Source of the DNA: Candidatus Margulisiibacteriota bacterium | GTDB lineage: Bacteria; Margulisbacteria; Marinamargulisbacteria; SXXA01; SICP01 | DNA length: 57,878 bases | NCBI GenBank assembly: GCA_009691415.1 | Contig: SICP01000006.1 | Coordinates: forward strand, 1-57,878 | Reading direction: 5' to 3' | Part shown: in pieces, positions 30,734 through 39,652 of the stretch | How positions within the stretch are numbered: the stretch's first letter is position 1 | Layout: each line of letters begins with the position of its first letter | Notes under the pieces: model-generated | Seen by the model: the letters and a program-made list of their open reading frames with translations, nothing else | What the model was told of the DNA's origin: nothing | Databases searched by the model: none | Program-made: the position numbers and the translations under genes

Positions 30734-31565
30734 GTGGGTTTCTGAATTTCTTGATTTCTTAACTTTCGATAAACAGTTTTCATCGCATACGCGCACAAAT
30801 TATGCACGTGATCTTAGCCAATTTGAGACACAAGACTCTCTGTCCTCACTTTCTACTACCACCTGCCGCGAATTTTTATATCAATTAGATCAGCAAGGCT
30901 ACTCGTCTAAAAGTATCGCGCGTAAGTTATCTGCCTTTCGATCTCTCTGGAAATTTTTATTGGCCAAGTCCTATGTTTCCGAAAATCCGTGGGAATTCTT
31001 AAGTTCTCCCAAGATTCCTACGTTGTTGCCAACCATTTTGGTGCAAGAAGAAATGGCCCAATTTCTCAAGGCTATTACGTCTCTTCGCGATCGGGCTATC
31101 TGTGAATTATTATATGCCTCTGGGCTTCGGGTATCAGAATTGGTGTCGATTAATATGGAAAATATAGATTTTTCAAACCAAGAATTACGCATTATCGGAA
31201 AAGGAAATCGGGAACGTATTTGTCTCTTCGGAGAGATCGCCAAACAATGGTTGGATCGATACATCAATGAAGCACGTGTAACATCCGGGACAGCGGTTTT
31301 TGTTAATTTAAAAGGTGGACGCTTAACAGTAAGAAGTATTCAAAGAATGATTCGACACTATGCAGATACCGCCGGACTTTCACACGCTATTACGCCCCAT
31401 ACGCTTAGACATTCTTTCGCAACGGACTTATATAACGGGGGTGCAGATTTGCGTGTCATACAAGAACTATTGGGGCACCAAAGCTTAAGCTCAACACAGC
31501 TGTACACACACTTGTCAGACGACGGATTAAAAGCCGCCTTTCAAAGGGCTCACCCTCGGGCGTGA
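30714..31565 (+). CDS. xerC: Tyrosine recombinase XerC/XerD family
   Basis: S.HT...Y..DL, SIARKLSA.RS, RDRAI.ELLYASGLRVSEL, GKG.RER, TPHTLRHSFAT, GADLR.IQELLGH..LSSTQ.YTH; start uncertain (TTG 30714 or 30681). Confidence 0.9.
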   Translation: MKPQYHKWVSEFLDFLTFDKQFSSHTRTNYARDLSQFETQDSLSSLSTTTCREFLYQLDQQGYSSKSIARKLSAFRSLWKFLLAKSYVSENPWEFLSSPKIPTLLPTILVQEEMAQFLKAITSLRDRAICELLYASGLRVSELVSINMENIDFSNQELRIIGKGNRERICLFGEIAKQWLDRYINEARVTSGTAVFVNLKGGRLTVRSIQRMIRHYADTAGLSHAITPHTLRHSFATDLYNGGADLRVIQELLGHQSLSSTQLYTHLSDDGLKAAFQRAHPRA

Positions 31566-31579
31566 CTTGGTTATTTCAT

Positions 31580-31625
31580 TCTCTAGGTAGTAGCCTGGGG
31601 AGGGGTGCCCTAAGGGCGGGGTGGG
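31580..31625. repeat. Degenerate REP-like double-hairpin half element
   Basis: CTCT-AGG..CCT-GGGGAGGGG then GCCC-TAA-GGGC then GGGGTGGG; same layout as 54204-54255. Confidence 0.55.
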
Positions 31626-31638
31626 ATGATATACTTTT

Positions 31639-32853
31639 ATGATGTCTTCTGATTTTGCGTCGCGTGGTGATAGGGTACTTTCTCCAGTATTGGGGCACTA
31701 TACCCGTTTGAATATTGTTTCTGGAAAAGGGTCCTACTTATATACCTCTGATGGAGCAGCTTATTTGGATTTCTCAGCAGGTATTGCAGTGGCGTCCACA
31801 GGGCACTGTCATCCAAAAGTTGTTGAAGCAATTCAGGCTCAATGCGCGCAATTGATTCATGCCTGTGCAGGGGTTGTGTATTACGGTACCAATGTCACAT
31901 TGGCAGAGCGCCTAGGTCATATTCTAGGCAACAATTTAAACTCTGTATTTTTCACACAGAGTGGGACAGAAGCAATTGAAGCATGTATAAAATTGGCAAA
32001 ATACGTCACTAAAAAACCAGGCATCTTGGCCTTTGAAGGGGGTTTCCATGGACGTAGTTTGGGCGCACTTTCTCTGACTACTTCTAAATTAAAATATAGA
32101 GATGGCTATGCCCCGCTTTTAGAACACACCTATTTTTTTCCCTATCCACATACCGATACATCCGAAGAATTAGCCCGTTATTTTGATACGTTGCCAGACA
32201 CAATAGGGGCTGTAATTATTGAGCCAGTTTTGGGGGAAGGTGGATATGTTCCTGCACCTACACCCTTCTTGAAACACTTAAGAGAATTATGTGATGCCCG
32301 TGGCCTGTTACTCATTTTTGATGAAATTCAAACAGGGTTTGGACGCACAGGTTCTTGGTTTGATTTTCAAAATCATAATGTTGTTCCAGATATTATTGCT
32401 TTGGCAAAAGGCATTGCGTCGGGCATGCCTTTAGGCGCATGTATTTCACGCCCAGACCTGATGGCCAAATGGTCAACAGGTGCGCATGGTGGAACCTATA
32501 GCGGAAACCCTGTGAGTTGTGCGGCTGGTGTGGCAACGATTGATGTGATTGCAGAGGTTTTGCCTACCATTTCAGAAAAATCTAAGCAGGCCGAAACACA
32601 GTTGCGTCAGGCACTTTCGGATCACCCACTCGTGTGTGATATTCGTGTGAAAGGTCTCATGATTGGTATTGAGCTTCGTGATGCCGCACTGACAAAACAG
32701 ATCATGGCAGTGTGTCTTGAAAAACATGTAATTGTGGTTTCCTGTGGCATTCATGATAATGTGATACGTATCATGCCCCCACTGACTATTTCACCTGAAG
32801 AATTAAACCATGGCATTTCCTGCCTCACAGAAGTAATCAATGCACATCGTTAA
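31639..32853 (+). CDS. Class III PLP aminotransferase (GabT/ArgD-like)
   Basis: YLDF..GIAV..TGHCHP, SG.EAIE, FHGR, EPV.GEGG, DEIQTGFGRTG, AKGIASGMP, HGGTY.GNP. Confidence 0.9.
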   Translation: MMSSDFASRGDRVLSPVLGHYTRLNIVSGKGSYLYTSDGAAYLDFSAGIAVASTGHCHPKVVEAIQAQCAQLIHACAGVVYYGTNVTLAERLGHILGNNLNSVFFTQSGTEAIEACIKLAKYVTKKPGILAFEGGFHGRSLGALSLTTSKLKYRDGYAPLLEHTYFFPYPHTDTSEELARYFDTLPDTIGAVIIEPVLGEGGYVPAPTPFLKHLRELCDARGLLLIFDEIQTGFGRTGSWFDFQNHNVVPDIIALAKGIASGMPLGACISRPDLMAKWSTGAHGGTYSGNPVSCAAGVATIDVIAEVLPTISEKSKQAETQLRQALSDHPLVCDIRVKGLMIGIELRDAALTKQIMAVCLEKHVIVVSCGIHDNVIRIMPPLTISPEELNHGISCLTEVINAHR

Positions 32854-33568
32854 AGGGAAACGTGCAGTGATGGAAGCTTTACAAGCGTCTGTTCCTGTAG
32901 ATCGGCTTGTAGTAGCGCAAGGGTTTGATAAAAAACCGGACATTCAGACACTTCTCAAAATTGCAGGAAGCCGTCGTATTTCTATAGAAACGTTGTCCAT
33001 GAATGCCTTCGAAAGAGTGGCTTCCGACTCACACCATCAAGGCATTATGGCGTATGTTCATGAAAAACAGCAGGTTACATTAGACGCTTTATTAGAAACT
33101 CCAGAAGAGTATCCGATGGTGATAGTCTTGGATCATTTGGAAGATCCCTATAATTTTGGTGCCATTTTACGCACGTGCGATGCCTTCGGATTAAAAGCAG
33201 TTTTATACCCCAAAGACCGCAATTCCCAGATTTCTCCCGGAGTGATTAAAGCCTCTTCTGGGGCAGTCTATCACTTGGATTTGATTAAAGTCGTCAATGT
33301 CGCACAGACGATTCAGAAATTAAAAACGGCTGGGTATTGGATATATGGAACAGATGTCCAGAAGGGCGTGGCACTACATGATTTCAAACCTGTTTTCCCT
33401 TTAGCCTTAGTAGTAGGGAACGAATCCAGCGGACAGTCTCGTTTGGTTTCAAAATTGGTGGATGCTAATTTACACATTCCGATGCATGGTCAGTTGGCCT
33501 CATTAAATGTGTCCGTAGCAACGGGTATTTTAGCCTACACCATCTCCCAGGCATACGCGAGGCTATAA
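32840..33568 (+). CDS. rlmB: 23S rRNA 2'-O-methyltransferase, TrmH/RlmB family
   Basis: HQGI.A, LD...DP.NFGAILRT, K.SSGA, VGNE..G, IPM.G...SLNVSVA. Confidence 0.9.
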   Translation: MHIVKGKRAVMEALQASVPVDRLVVAQGFDKKPDIQTLLKIAGSRRISIETLSMNAFERVASDSHHQGIMAYVHEKQQVTLDALLETPEEYPMVIVLDHLEDPYNFGAILRTCDAFGLKAVLYPKDRNSQISPGVIKASSGAVYHLDLIKVVNVAQTIQKLKTAGYWIYGTDVQKGVALHDFKPVFPLALVVGNESSGQSRLVSKLVDANLHIPMHGQLASLNVSVATGILAYTISQAYARL

Positions 33569-33573
33569 CCCCC

Positions 33574-35640
33574 ATGCGCATGGACTCCCTCAAGGGATAT
33601 ACCAGCATACGTACCAAGATTTTGCTGCCGTTTATTTTCATCATGATTTTCGTGTCCATTTCGTCGGTTTTTTTGTCTACGACGTTGGTTTCAAAATCCA
33701 TGAAAAATCAGTTGATGTCAGAACACCTCAAAAAATTATCTTTTATGCAAATGCAAATGGCGCAAATGTATCGCCTCTCGGAAGTTTATAATCGCATTAT
33801 CTCTGCAGGAAACATGCTTCCGTCAGATGTTTTAAAACGTGATGAAGTTGTCTTAACAGACGCCGCATTATTATCTCCTGAAAAACGCGTGGCATATGCT
33901 GATTTTATCAACACAGCTTCAAGCGGACGAGGACACTTCGGCGCACGACTTTTAGAAGATAAGAATGGCTATTCATATACATTGGTTTCCGCATCACCTC
34001 AAAAAGCCAAGGTTGGTTCTAAGGTGATTGTTACAGAACAGGTCATTAATAGCGCCCGTGCAGAGGCGATTCATCTGGGCTATGTCAATAAATTTGTCTA
34101 TGCCTACAAACGTGATAGTGATATCAATTTAGTCGCAGCTTCTTCATTAGTTGTCGAGTCGGCGACCATTCAGTCTGATATTAGGCAGCTTCTCAAAACA
34201 GGGATATTAGATAACCGTAATCGGATTATCGGTTCACTCCATACGCCACATGATGGAGAATTTGAGGTGATTTTTGAGCCTTCCCGATTTGATCCTCATT
34301 TTTTTGTAGGCGTTTTGGTGCCTCTAAAAACTATTCAGATCACGGTCTACAAAATTATCTTTGGGGCGTTTTCATTTTTGCTTTTAATTTGTATCGGCAT
34401 TCTATTTATTTATTCCGCCATTGTCCGAAAAATTACGACGTCTATTGAAATCTTGGCCGCTGTTTCCAAAAAAATGGCCGACGGAGATTTAAATCAGCAA
34501 GTCTATGTCAGCTCTCAAGACGAAATAGGTGCGTTGTCCGCGACATTCAATCAGATGATTCGCAATCTACGCGAATCTGCAGCCAATTTATTAAAAGAAA
34601 AAACACAATCTGAAGCCATCGTTTCTTCAATACCCGAAGGCCTAATTGTGACCGACTTACACAATCGAGTCATAATGGCCAACCAACGTGCACAAGAAAT
34701 TTTTCGGTTTGATTTACAAAAAGCAAGAGGCCAACTCATTAACGAGCACATCGATAACCCCATTTTATTAACCTCTTTAGATGAAATTTTAAAAGACCAA
34801 AAGCCTCCGCTACGCAGAGAAATTACATTACTGGGATTAGATAAAAAAAATCGTATCTATTCGATTCACAGTAGTGTGGTGCGTAATGCGCAACGGTATA
34901 TTTTGGGACTCGTTACTGTATTTCGAGATATTACGCGTGATCGGGAATTAGAAGAATTGCGGGATAGTTTTTTACACACCGTTTCTCATGAATTGCGTAC
35001 ACCGCTCACATCTATTATTGGATTTATTGAATTGGTCAAAGGCCCCAAATTATCCGAAGAACAAGATGCCTATCTTCAAATTGCGTTAGATGAGGCCATG
35101 AACTTAAAAAATCTGATTGATGATCTACTCGATTTATCTCGCATCGAAGCAGGTAAAATTGCATTGTTTTACAGCCAAGTAAATTGCAAAGAAATGATAG
35201 ATCATCTGATCTCCTCAATGGGACCCCTCGTCAAAGGAAAATCCCTCACGCTCACCTCTCTTTTTACAGACACTTCTCTCATAATCGATGCCGACTTACC
35301 AAAGCTTCGTCGTGTCCTAGTAAACTTAGTCTCAAATGCGATTAAATTTACCCATAAGGGCTCTATAGTTATCGAATGCAAGGTCGAAGACACGTCGGTT
35401 GTATTTTTTGTAACAGATACAGGGGTAGGCTTACCAGAAGACGAGAAAGCCGTGATATTCGAGAAATTTAGGCAACTCGATTACTCCTCAACACGACAAT
35501 ACGAAGGCATTGGTTTAGGCCTTTCCATCGTAAAACAACTTGTAGAACTACACGGTGGTAGCACGTGGGTTGAAAGTATCTACGGAAAAGGCTCAACGTT
35601 CTATTTCAAAATTCCAATGAGAGCGACGCCTGCTTCCTAA
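33574..35640 (+). CDS. Sensor histidine kinase (TM-HAMP-PAS-HisKA-HATPase)
   Basis: Two TMs, DEIG.L...FN.M HAMP, PAS, SHELRTPLTSI, NL.SNAIKFT, DTG.G, F..F.Q, G.GLGL. Confidence 0.93.
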   Translation: MRMDSLKGYTSIRTKILLPFIFIMIFVSISSVFLSTTLVSKSMKNQLMSEHLKKLSFMQMQMAQMYRLSEVYNRIISAGNMLPSDVLKRDEVVLTDAALLSPEKRVAYADFINTASSGRGHFGARLLEDKNGYSYTLVSASPQKAKVGSKVIVTEQVINSARAEAIHLGYVNKFVYAYKRDSDINLVAASSLVVESATIQSDIRQLLKTGILDNRNRIIGSLHTPHDGEFEVIFEPSRFDPHFFVGVLVPLKTIQITVYKIIFGAFSFLLLICIGILFIYSAIVRKITTSIEILAAVSKKMADGDLNQQVYVSSQDEIGALSATFNQMIRNLRESAANLLKEKTQSEAIVSSIPEGLIVTDLHNRVIMANQRAQEIFRFDLQKARGQLINEHIDNPILLTSLDEILKDQKPPLRREITLLGLDKKNRIYSIHSSVVRNAQRYILGLVTVFRDITRDRELEELRDSFLHTVSHELRTPLTSIIGFIELVKGPKLSEEQDAYLQIALDEAMNLKNLIDDLLDLSRIEAGKIALFYSQVNCKEMIDHLISSMGPLVKGKSLTLTSLFTDTSLIIDADLPKLRRVLVNLVSNAIKFTHKGSIVIECKVEDTSVVFFVTDTGVGLPEDEKAVIFEKFRQLDYSSTRQYEGIGLGLSIVKQLVELHGGSTWVESIYGKGSTFYFKIPMRATPAS

Positions 35641-35641
35641 A

Positions 35642-35670
35642 TTGACATAGCAGGTTTGAAACGGTATTCT
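35642..35670 (+). promoter_or_regulatory. sigma70 promoter of tRNA-Tyr
   Basis: TTGACA, 17 nt, TATTCT. Confidence 0.7.
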
Positions 35671-35691
35671 TTTTCCCTGCCGAATCTTTTT

Positions 35692-35778
35692 GGAGGGATG
35701 GCGGAGCGGTCAATCGCAGCAGACTGTAAATCTGCCGGGTTTATCCCTACGTTGGTTCAAATCCAGCTCCCTCCACCA
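35692..35778 (+). tRNA. tRNA-Tyr(GTA)
   Basis: GGAGGGA/TCCCTCC acceptor, GCAGA-CTGTAAA-TCTGC anticodon arm, long variable arm, encoded CCA. Confidence 0.96.
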
Positions 35779-35978
35779 GCCTTTGCCAAGGCTACGGTTG
35801 GCACGCTAGCCCAGTAGACATAGGCATGAAGGCTGTCCGTCTTAGTGCTTTACAAAGCGAATGACGGCGGCGAACCTCGCAAAACAACTACCCGTTCTTA
35901 TATGTTTCAATTTCTTAGGTATCTCAAGAGGCACGATGTTTATTTAATCCACTCATTCAATTTCGATTGTTATTAGGA

Positions 35979-36314
35979 CTAATTATCACTCCCCACTCTC
36001 TCGTCATTCCCGTGAAGACGTGAATCCAGAAAGGCCTCTGATAAATCTCTCCAAATAGGATTTTGTTTTTCAATGAGCTTTAATTTCCAAGAACAATTCC
36101 ATTTTTTGATTTGTTTTTCTCGATATATGGCAGATTCGATGCTAGTGCCACACTCGTAGTAAACAAGAGTTTTTACCCCATATTTTTTTGTGAATCCTTC
36201 ATAAATTCCTTGTTGATGGTCATAGACTCTGCGCGTTAAATCAGAGGTAACTCCGATGTATAGAGTGCCACTCCTTGATCTTGCCATAATATAAACATAA
36301 GTTGTTATTTCCAC
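35979..36314 (-). CDS. Small GIY-YIG endonuclease (UPF0213-like)
   Basis: YVYIMA...GTLYIGVTSDL.RRV..H, FTKKY.V..LVYYE, AI.REKQIKKW...WK..LIE..NP.W.DL. Confidence 0.92.
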   Translation of the reverse strand: MEITTYVYIMARSRSGTLYIGVTSDLTRRVYDHQQGIYEGFTKKYGVKTLVYYECGTSIESAIYREKQIKKWNCSWKLKLIEKQNPIWRDLSEAFLDSRLHGNDERVGSDN

Positions 36315-36376
36315 GATGATGAAAGCCTGCTGGATTCCCGCCTTCGTGGGAATGACGAGGGAAGCGGGAATGATAA
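35983..36376. mobile_element. GIY-YIG gene bracketed by CGTC-type palindromic inverted repeats
   Basis: CGTCATTCCCGTGAAGACGTGAATCCAG (36002-36029) vs reverse complement of 36330-36357 (24/28), extending imperfectly to TTATCA/TGATAA. Confidence 0.7.
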
Positions 36377-36605
36377 AGGGTGTGTAAGTTTTTTGATACT
36401 AATTTGGCCTTCGCCAAGAGTGTAAAGGGCAGAGAAAAATTAAACACGATTATTGATGCAGACTTCCTCTTGGTTGCAAGTATTACATTTTCAATGACCC
36501 CTTCAGGGAGATGCAATCCATCAGGGACATATAATACAACTTCTTTATACAGAGGCATTTTAGGGTTGCTCGATATATCGTTTTTAGATTGTCCAAACCA
36601 CCTGT

Positions 36606-37769
36606 CTACTTCTCTTCTTTCTTCAAATTCTCAACAAACGAACTAACGCCCTTTTTCAATAGATGCTTAGGAATCGGGAATGCGGCTGGTATAGAGCCGG
36701 CCTGGAGTTCTGGGAAGAAGAGGTAGAGATCTGCCATATAGAGGGGTTTTTCTTTTTGGGTGCGAATTTTCCAGAGGGTTTCTAGTAGGGAGAGTCTGGC
36801 ATCTTCAGTAAGAGACTCTTGGATGAGTTTTTGACTTAGCTTTGGAAAAATCGTGGTGAGATATTGTTTTTGAAGTGCTTCGGAAACTGTTTTTAAAAGG
36901 TCTTCTTTTAGGAATGGCTTGTTGATGTAATCGCACGCGCCTTCTTTGAGGGTTTTCACTGCGATGTCTAAGAATTCGAAGGCCGTAACAACGATAACTT
37001 GGCTTAGCGGTGAGAGCTGTATGAGTTGGGGGAGTAAGTCTGCACCTGAGATATCGGGCAAAAAGATGTCTAATAAAATAATGTTTACAGATCCTGAAGT
37101 CTGGAGAGCCTCTAGTGCAGTTTTGCCATCTTCTACCGTAATAACATCATAGTCACCCTTGAGAAAGTCGGTGAGAATTTGACGATACATTTCTTCATCT
37201 TCAATCACTAAAACGCGAGGTTTTTCGGTTGCGTATTGTCGAATAGATTCAGGATGTAATAGAAGATCTTTGAGTGTATCAATAGAAATAGATCCTTCTG
37301 TAGAATTGGCGATAGATTCTGAAAGATCAGATAAAAAATCAGGCTCAAGCATGATCAGGCGATCTTGTTTTGAAAAGGCTTCTAGTTTTTTGACGATGTC
37401 AAATTCTTCGAGTGCTTGGTCAACCACACTCATTAATTTTGAGATTAAAAATGGCTTTGCTAAATAAGAGAAAACGCCTTTCTTCATAACAGAAACGGCT
37501 TCTTGAATATTTTCTTTTTCGGAATAAACAATAATTTCAGGAAGGTTTCCAATGGACCTTAATTGATCAATCACATCGGGAAGTTTGGCATCAGATAACG
37601 TATCACTTAACAAGACGATACGTACTTTAAGATGAAGAGTTTCATAAAGATGTAACGCTTCAGAAAACGTTGTTGCGACTTCTACAAAAAAGTCCTCGGA
37701 CATTGCTTTAGACAGTTCAGCGACCCGGTTTGTATCTTGGTCAATAATCAATAACATTGGCTTACTCAT
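36606..37769 (-). CDS. Response regulator with two receiver domains
   Basis: REC1 (LIIDQD..LLSD..YLAKPF), REC2 (VLVIEDE..LLDIFLPD..VTA..DYINKPF), C-terminal unknown region. Confidence 0.88.
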   Translation of the reverse strand: MSKPMLLIIDQDTNRVAELSKAMSEDFFVEVATTFSEALHLYETLHLKVRIVLLSDTLSDAKLPDVIDQLRSIGNLPEIIVYSEKENIQEAVSVMKKGVFSYLAKPFLISKLMSVVDQALEEFDIVKKLEAFSKQDRLIMLEPDFLSDLSESIANSTEGSISIDTLKDLLLHPESIRQYATEKPRVLVIEDEEMYRQILTDFLKGDYDVITVEDGKTALEALQTSGSVNIILLDIFLPDISGADLLPQLIQLSPLSQVIVVTAFEFLDIAVKTLKEGACDYINKPFLKEDLLKTVSEALQKQYLTTIFPKLSQKLIQESLTEDARLSLLETLWKIRTQKEKPLYMADLYLFFPELQAGSIPAAFPIPKHLLKKGVSSFVENLKKEEK

Positions 37770-37823
37770 AGTAGGTTCGCCTCCCTTTTTAAATTTTATT
37801 TTATCATATATAGTTGCCCTATA

Positions 37824-39104
37824 ATGAACGTTTACACGTCACAGGACGCTTTTACCCATTTTACATCACGTACCTCCTCAGGTCATCTAGAGTCTCATAC
37901 TGATGTTTTTCCTATCGTACAGAAAATTCAATCTGACATTTTACGTGATCGAGACAAGGCCTTATTTTCTTACACGACATCCCTTGATCGTTTGAATGCA
38001 CCTCTTGAAAAATTACGTGTTTCTACGGATGAAATTCAGTCTGCGTATAAAGAGGTCTCCCCAGAATTGGTAACGGCACTACGCAATGCCAAGAAAAACA
38101 TTGAAGACTTTCATCGTCATCAACTTCCTAAAAATTGGGAAGAAAAAACACCCTATGGTAGTCGCTTGGGGATTCGCTATCAACCAATTGAAATCGTAGG
38201 ACTTTATGTTCCTGGTGGTCGCGCAGTCTATCCATCAACAGTTTTGATGAATGCAATTCCAGCAAAATTAGCAGGCGTTTCTCAAACCATTATGGTGACC
38301 CCACCCCGACCTGATGGCACCATTCATCCATCACTTTTAGTCGCGGCGGATCTCTGTGGAGTAGATGTCGTTTTAAAATGTGGTGGTGCACAAGCCATCT
38401 TTGCTCTTGCCTACGGGACAGAGGGCGTTCCCAAAGTGGATAAAATTGTGGGGCCAGGAAATAAATATGTAACGCTGGCCAAGCAATTGGTTTACGGCCA
38501 AGTAGATATTGATAAACCTGCAGGACCTTCTGAAGTTTTGGTGTACGTAGAAGATAGCGCTCAAGCAGCTATTGCAGCAGCCGAATTAATTGCGCAATTG
38601 GAACATGATCCCGATGCGATTGCGATTGGAATATCTCCGTCGGAATCTGTTTTGCGTGAAATTTTTCGTGAAGTGATGATACAAAAAACAGCTTGTTCTC
38701 GAGAAGCTATTATTGATCAATCACTTCGTAACGTGATGTTAATTGTGACGGAAAATAAAGACGATACGATTGCATGGATCAACCGAATTGCTTCTGAACA
38801 TTTGGTATTATTGGTAGAAGATTACGAGCCCATTCTAAATCGTGTAAAACATGCCGGCGCTATTTTCTGTGGGCTTTACAGTCCTGTGACGATTGGGGAT
38901 TATTATGCAGGATCTAATCATGTATTACCTACAGGTACTACAGCACGATTTGCATCACCTTTGGGGGTAAGTGATTTTGTAAAATATATGTCTGTTGTGT
39001 CGTATACAAAAGAGATGCTCAGTGCCTCTGCGTCAGATCTTAAAATTCTGACAGACACAGAGGGGTTTGATGGGCATTATCGGGCTGTTTCTATTAGATT
39101 GTAA
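37824..39104 (+). CDS. hisD: Histidinol dehydrogenase
   Basis: GLYVPGGRA.YPSTVLM, GGAQAI.ALAYGT, DKIVGPGN.YV..AK, AGPSE, EHD, EHL, GDY.AG.NHVLPT. Confidence 0.97.
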   Translation: MNVYTSQDAFTHFTSRTSSGHLESHTDVFPIVQKIQSDILRDRDKALFSYTTSLDRLNAPLEKLRVSTDEIQSAYKEVSPELVTALRNAKKNIEDFHRHQLPKNWEEKTPYGSRLGIRYQPIEIVGLYVPGGRAVYPSTVLMNAIPAKLAGVSQTIMVTPPRPDGTIHPSLLVAADLCGVDVVLKCGGAQAIFALAYGTEGVPKVDKIVGPGNKYVTLAKQLVYGQVDIDKPAGPSEVLVYVEDSAQAAIAAAELIAQLEHDPDAIAIGISPSESVLREIFREVMIQKTACSREAIIDQSLRNVMLIVTENKDDTIAWINRIASEHLVLLVEDYEPILNRVKHAGAIFCGLYSPVTIGDYYAGSNHVLPTGTTARFASPLGVSDFVKYMSVVSYTKEMLSASASDLKILTDTEGFDGHYRAVSIRL

Positions 39105-39109
39105 CCGCG

Positions 39110-39199
39110 TGGTACCGAGGGCCGGAATCGAACCGGCACGGACTTTATAGGTCCATTGGATTTTAAGTCCAACGTGTCTACCAATTCCACCACCCCGGC
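39110..39199 (-). tRNA. tRNA-Leu(TAA)
   Basis: Reverse complement GCCGGGGTGGTGGAATTGGTAGACACG-TTGGA-CTTAAAA-TCCAA..GTTCGATTC..ACCA; long variable arm. Confidence 0.95.
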
Positions 39200-39245
39200 T
39201 TGTGAAAATGTAAAGAAAGGGCAATATACATTACAAAAAAAGGTT

Positions 39246-39274
39246 TTGACAAGCGATCGGACTCTCGTTAGAAT
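39246..39274 (+). promoter_or_regulatory. sigma70 promoter of groESL
   Basis: TTGACA, 17 nt, TAGAAT. Confidence 0.8.
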
Positions 39275-39283
39275 ATTCAGCCG

Positions 39284-39310
39284 CTAGCACTCGTGACTTG
39301 AGAGTGCTAA
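39284..39310 (+). promoter_or_regulatory. CIRCE operator (HrcA site)
   Basis: CTAGCACTC-N9-GAGTGCTAA between the promoter and the groES SD. Confidence 0.93.
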
Positions 39311-39333
39311 ATACGACCTAGGAGGAAAGCGAT

Positions 39334-39630
39334 ATGAGTTCTATCAATTACAAACCTCTGTCAGACAGAGTGATCATCGAACCTGAAACTGCTGAGGAGG
39401 TTACGCGCTCTGGAATCGTTATTCCTGATTCCGCAAAAGAAAAACCTCAAACTGGTAAAGTGTTATCTGTAGGCCCTGGTAGGGTTTCGGATGAAGGCAA
39501 GCTTATTACGCCTTCTGTCAAAGCTGGCGATATCGTTATCTATGCAAAATATGGCGGGACTGAACTTAAAGTAGAAGGCACCACTTACCTAATCGTTCGT
39601 GAAAGCGATATTTTAGCGGTTAAATCATAG
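39334..39630 (+). CDS. groES: Co-chaperonin GroES
   Basis: PL.DRV, T.SGIVIPD.AKEKP..G.V..VGPG, KYGGTE, ESDILA. Confidence 0.98.
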   Translation: MSSINYKPLSDRVIIEPETAEEVTRSGIVIPDSAKEKPQTGKVLSVGPGRVSDEGKLITPSVKAGDIVIYAKYGGTELKVEGTTYLIVRESDILAVKS

Positions 39631-39652
39631 TCACCAAAAGGAGAAAAATCAT

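Noticed and set aside
30714-31565. xerC as the integrase of an integron or prophage
   Set aside because: It is a housekeeping-type XerC/D sequence without the IntI insertion; there is no attC array or phage gene nearby
35880-35930. Possible remnant of a second GIY-YIG C-terminus (..Y.RTGS..) on the minus strand
   Set aside because: Too short, and it needs frameshifts; could be chance
36241-36646. ORFs 36241-36558 (-) and 36380-36646 (+)
   Set aside because: No recognisable motifs; they overlap the repeat, the GIY-YIG gene or the regulator. A gene remnant is possible but cannot be supported
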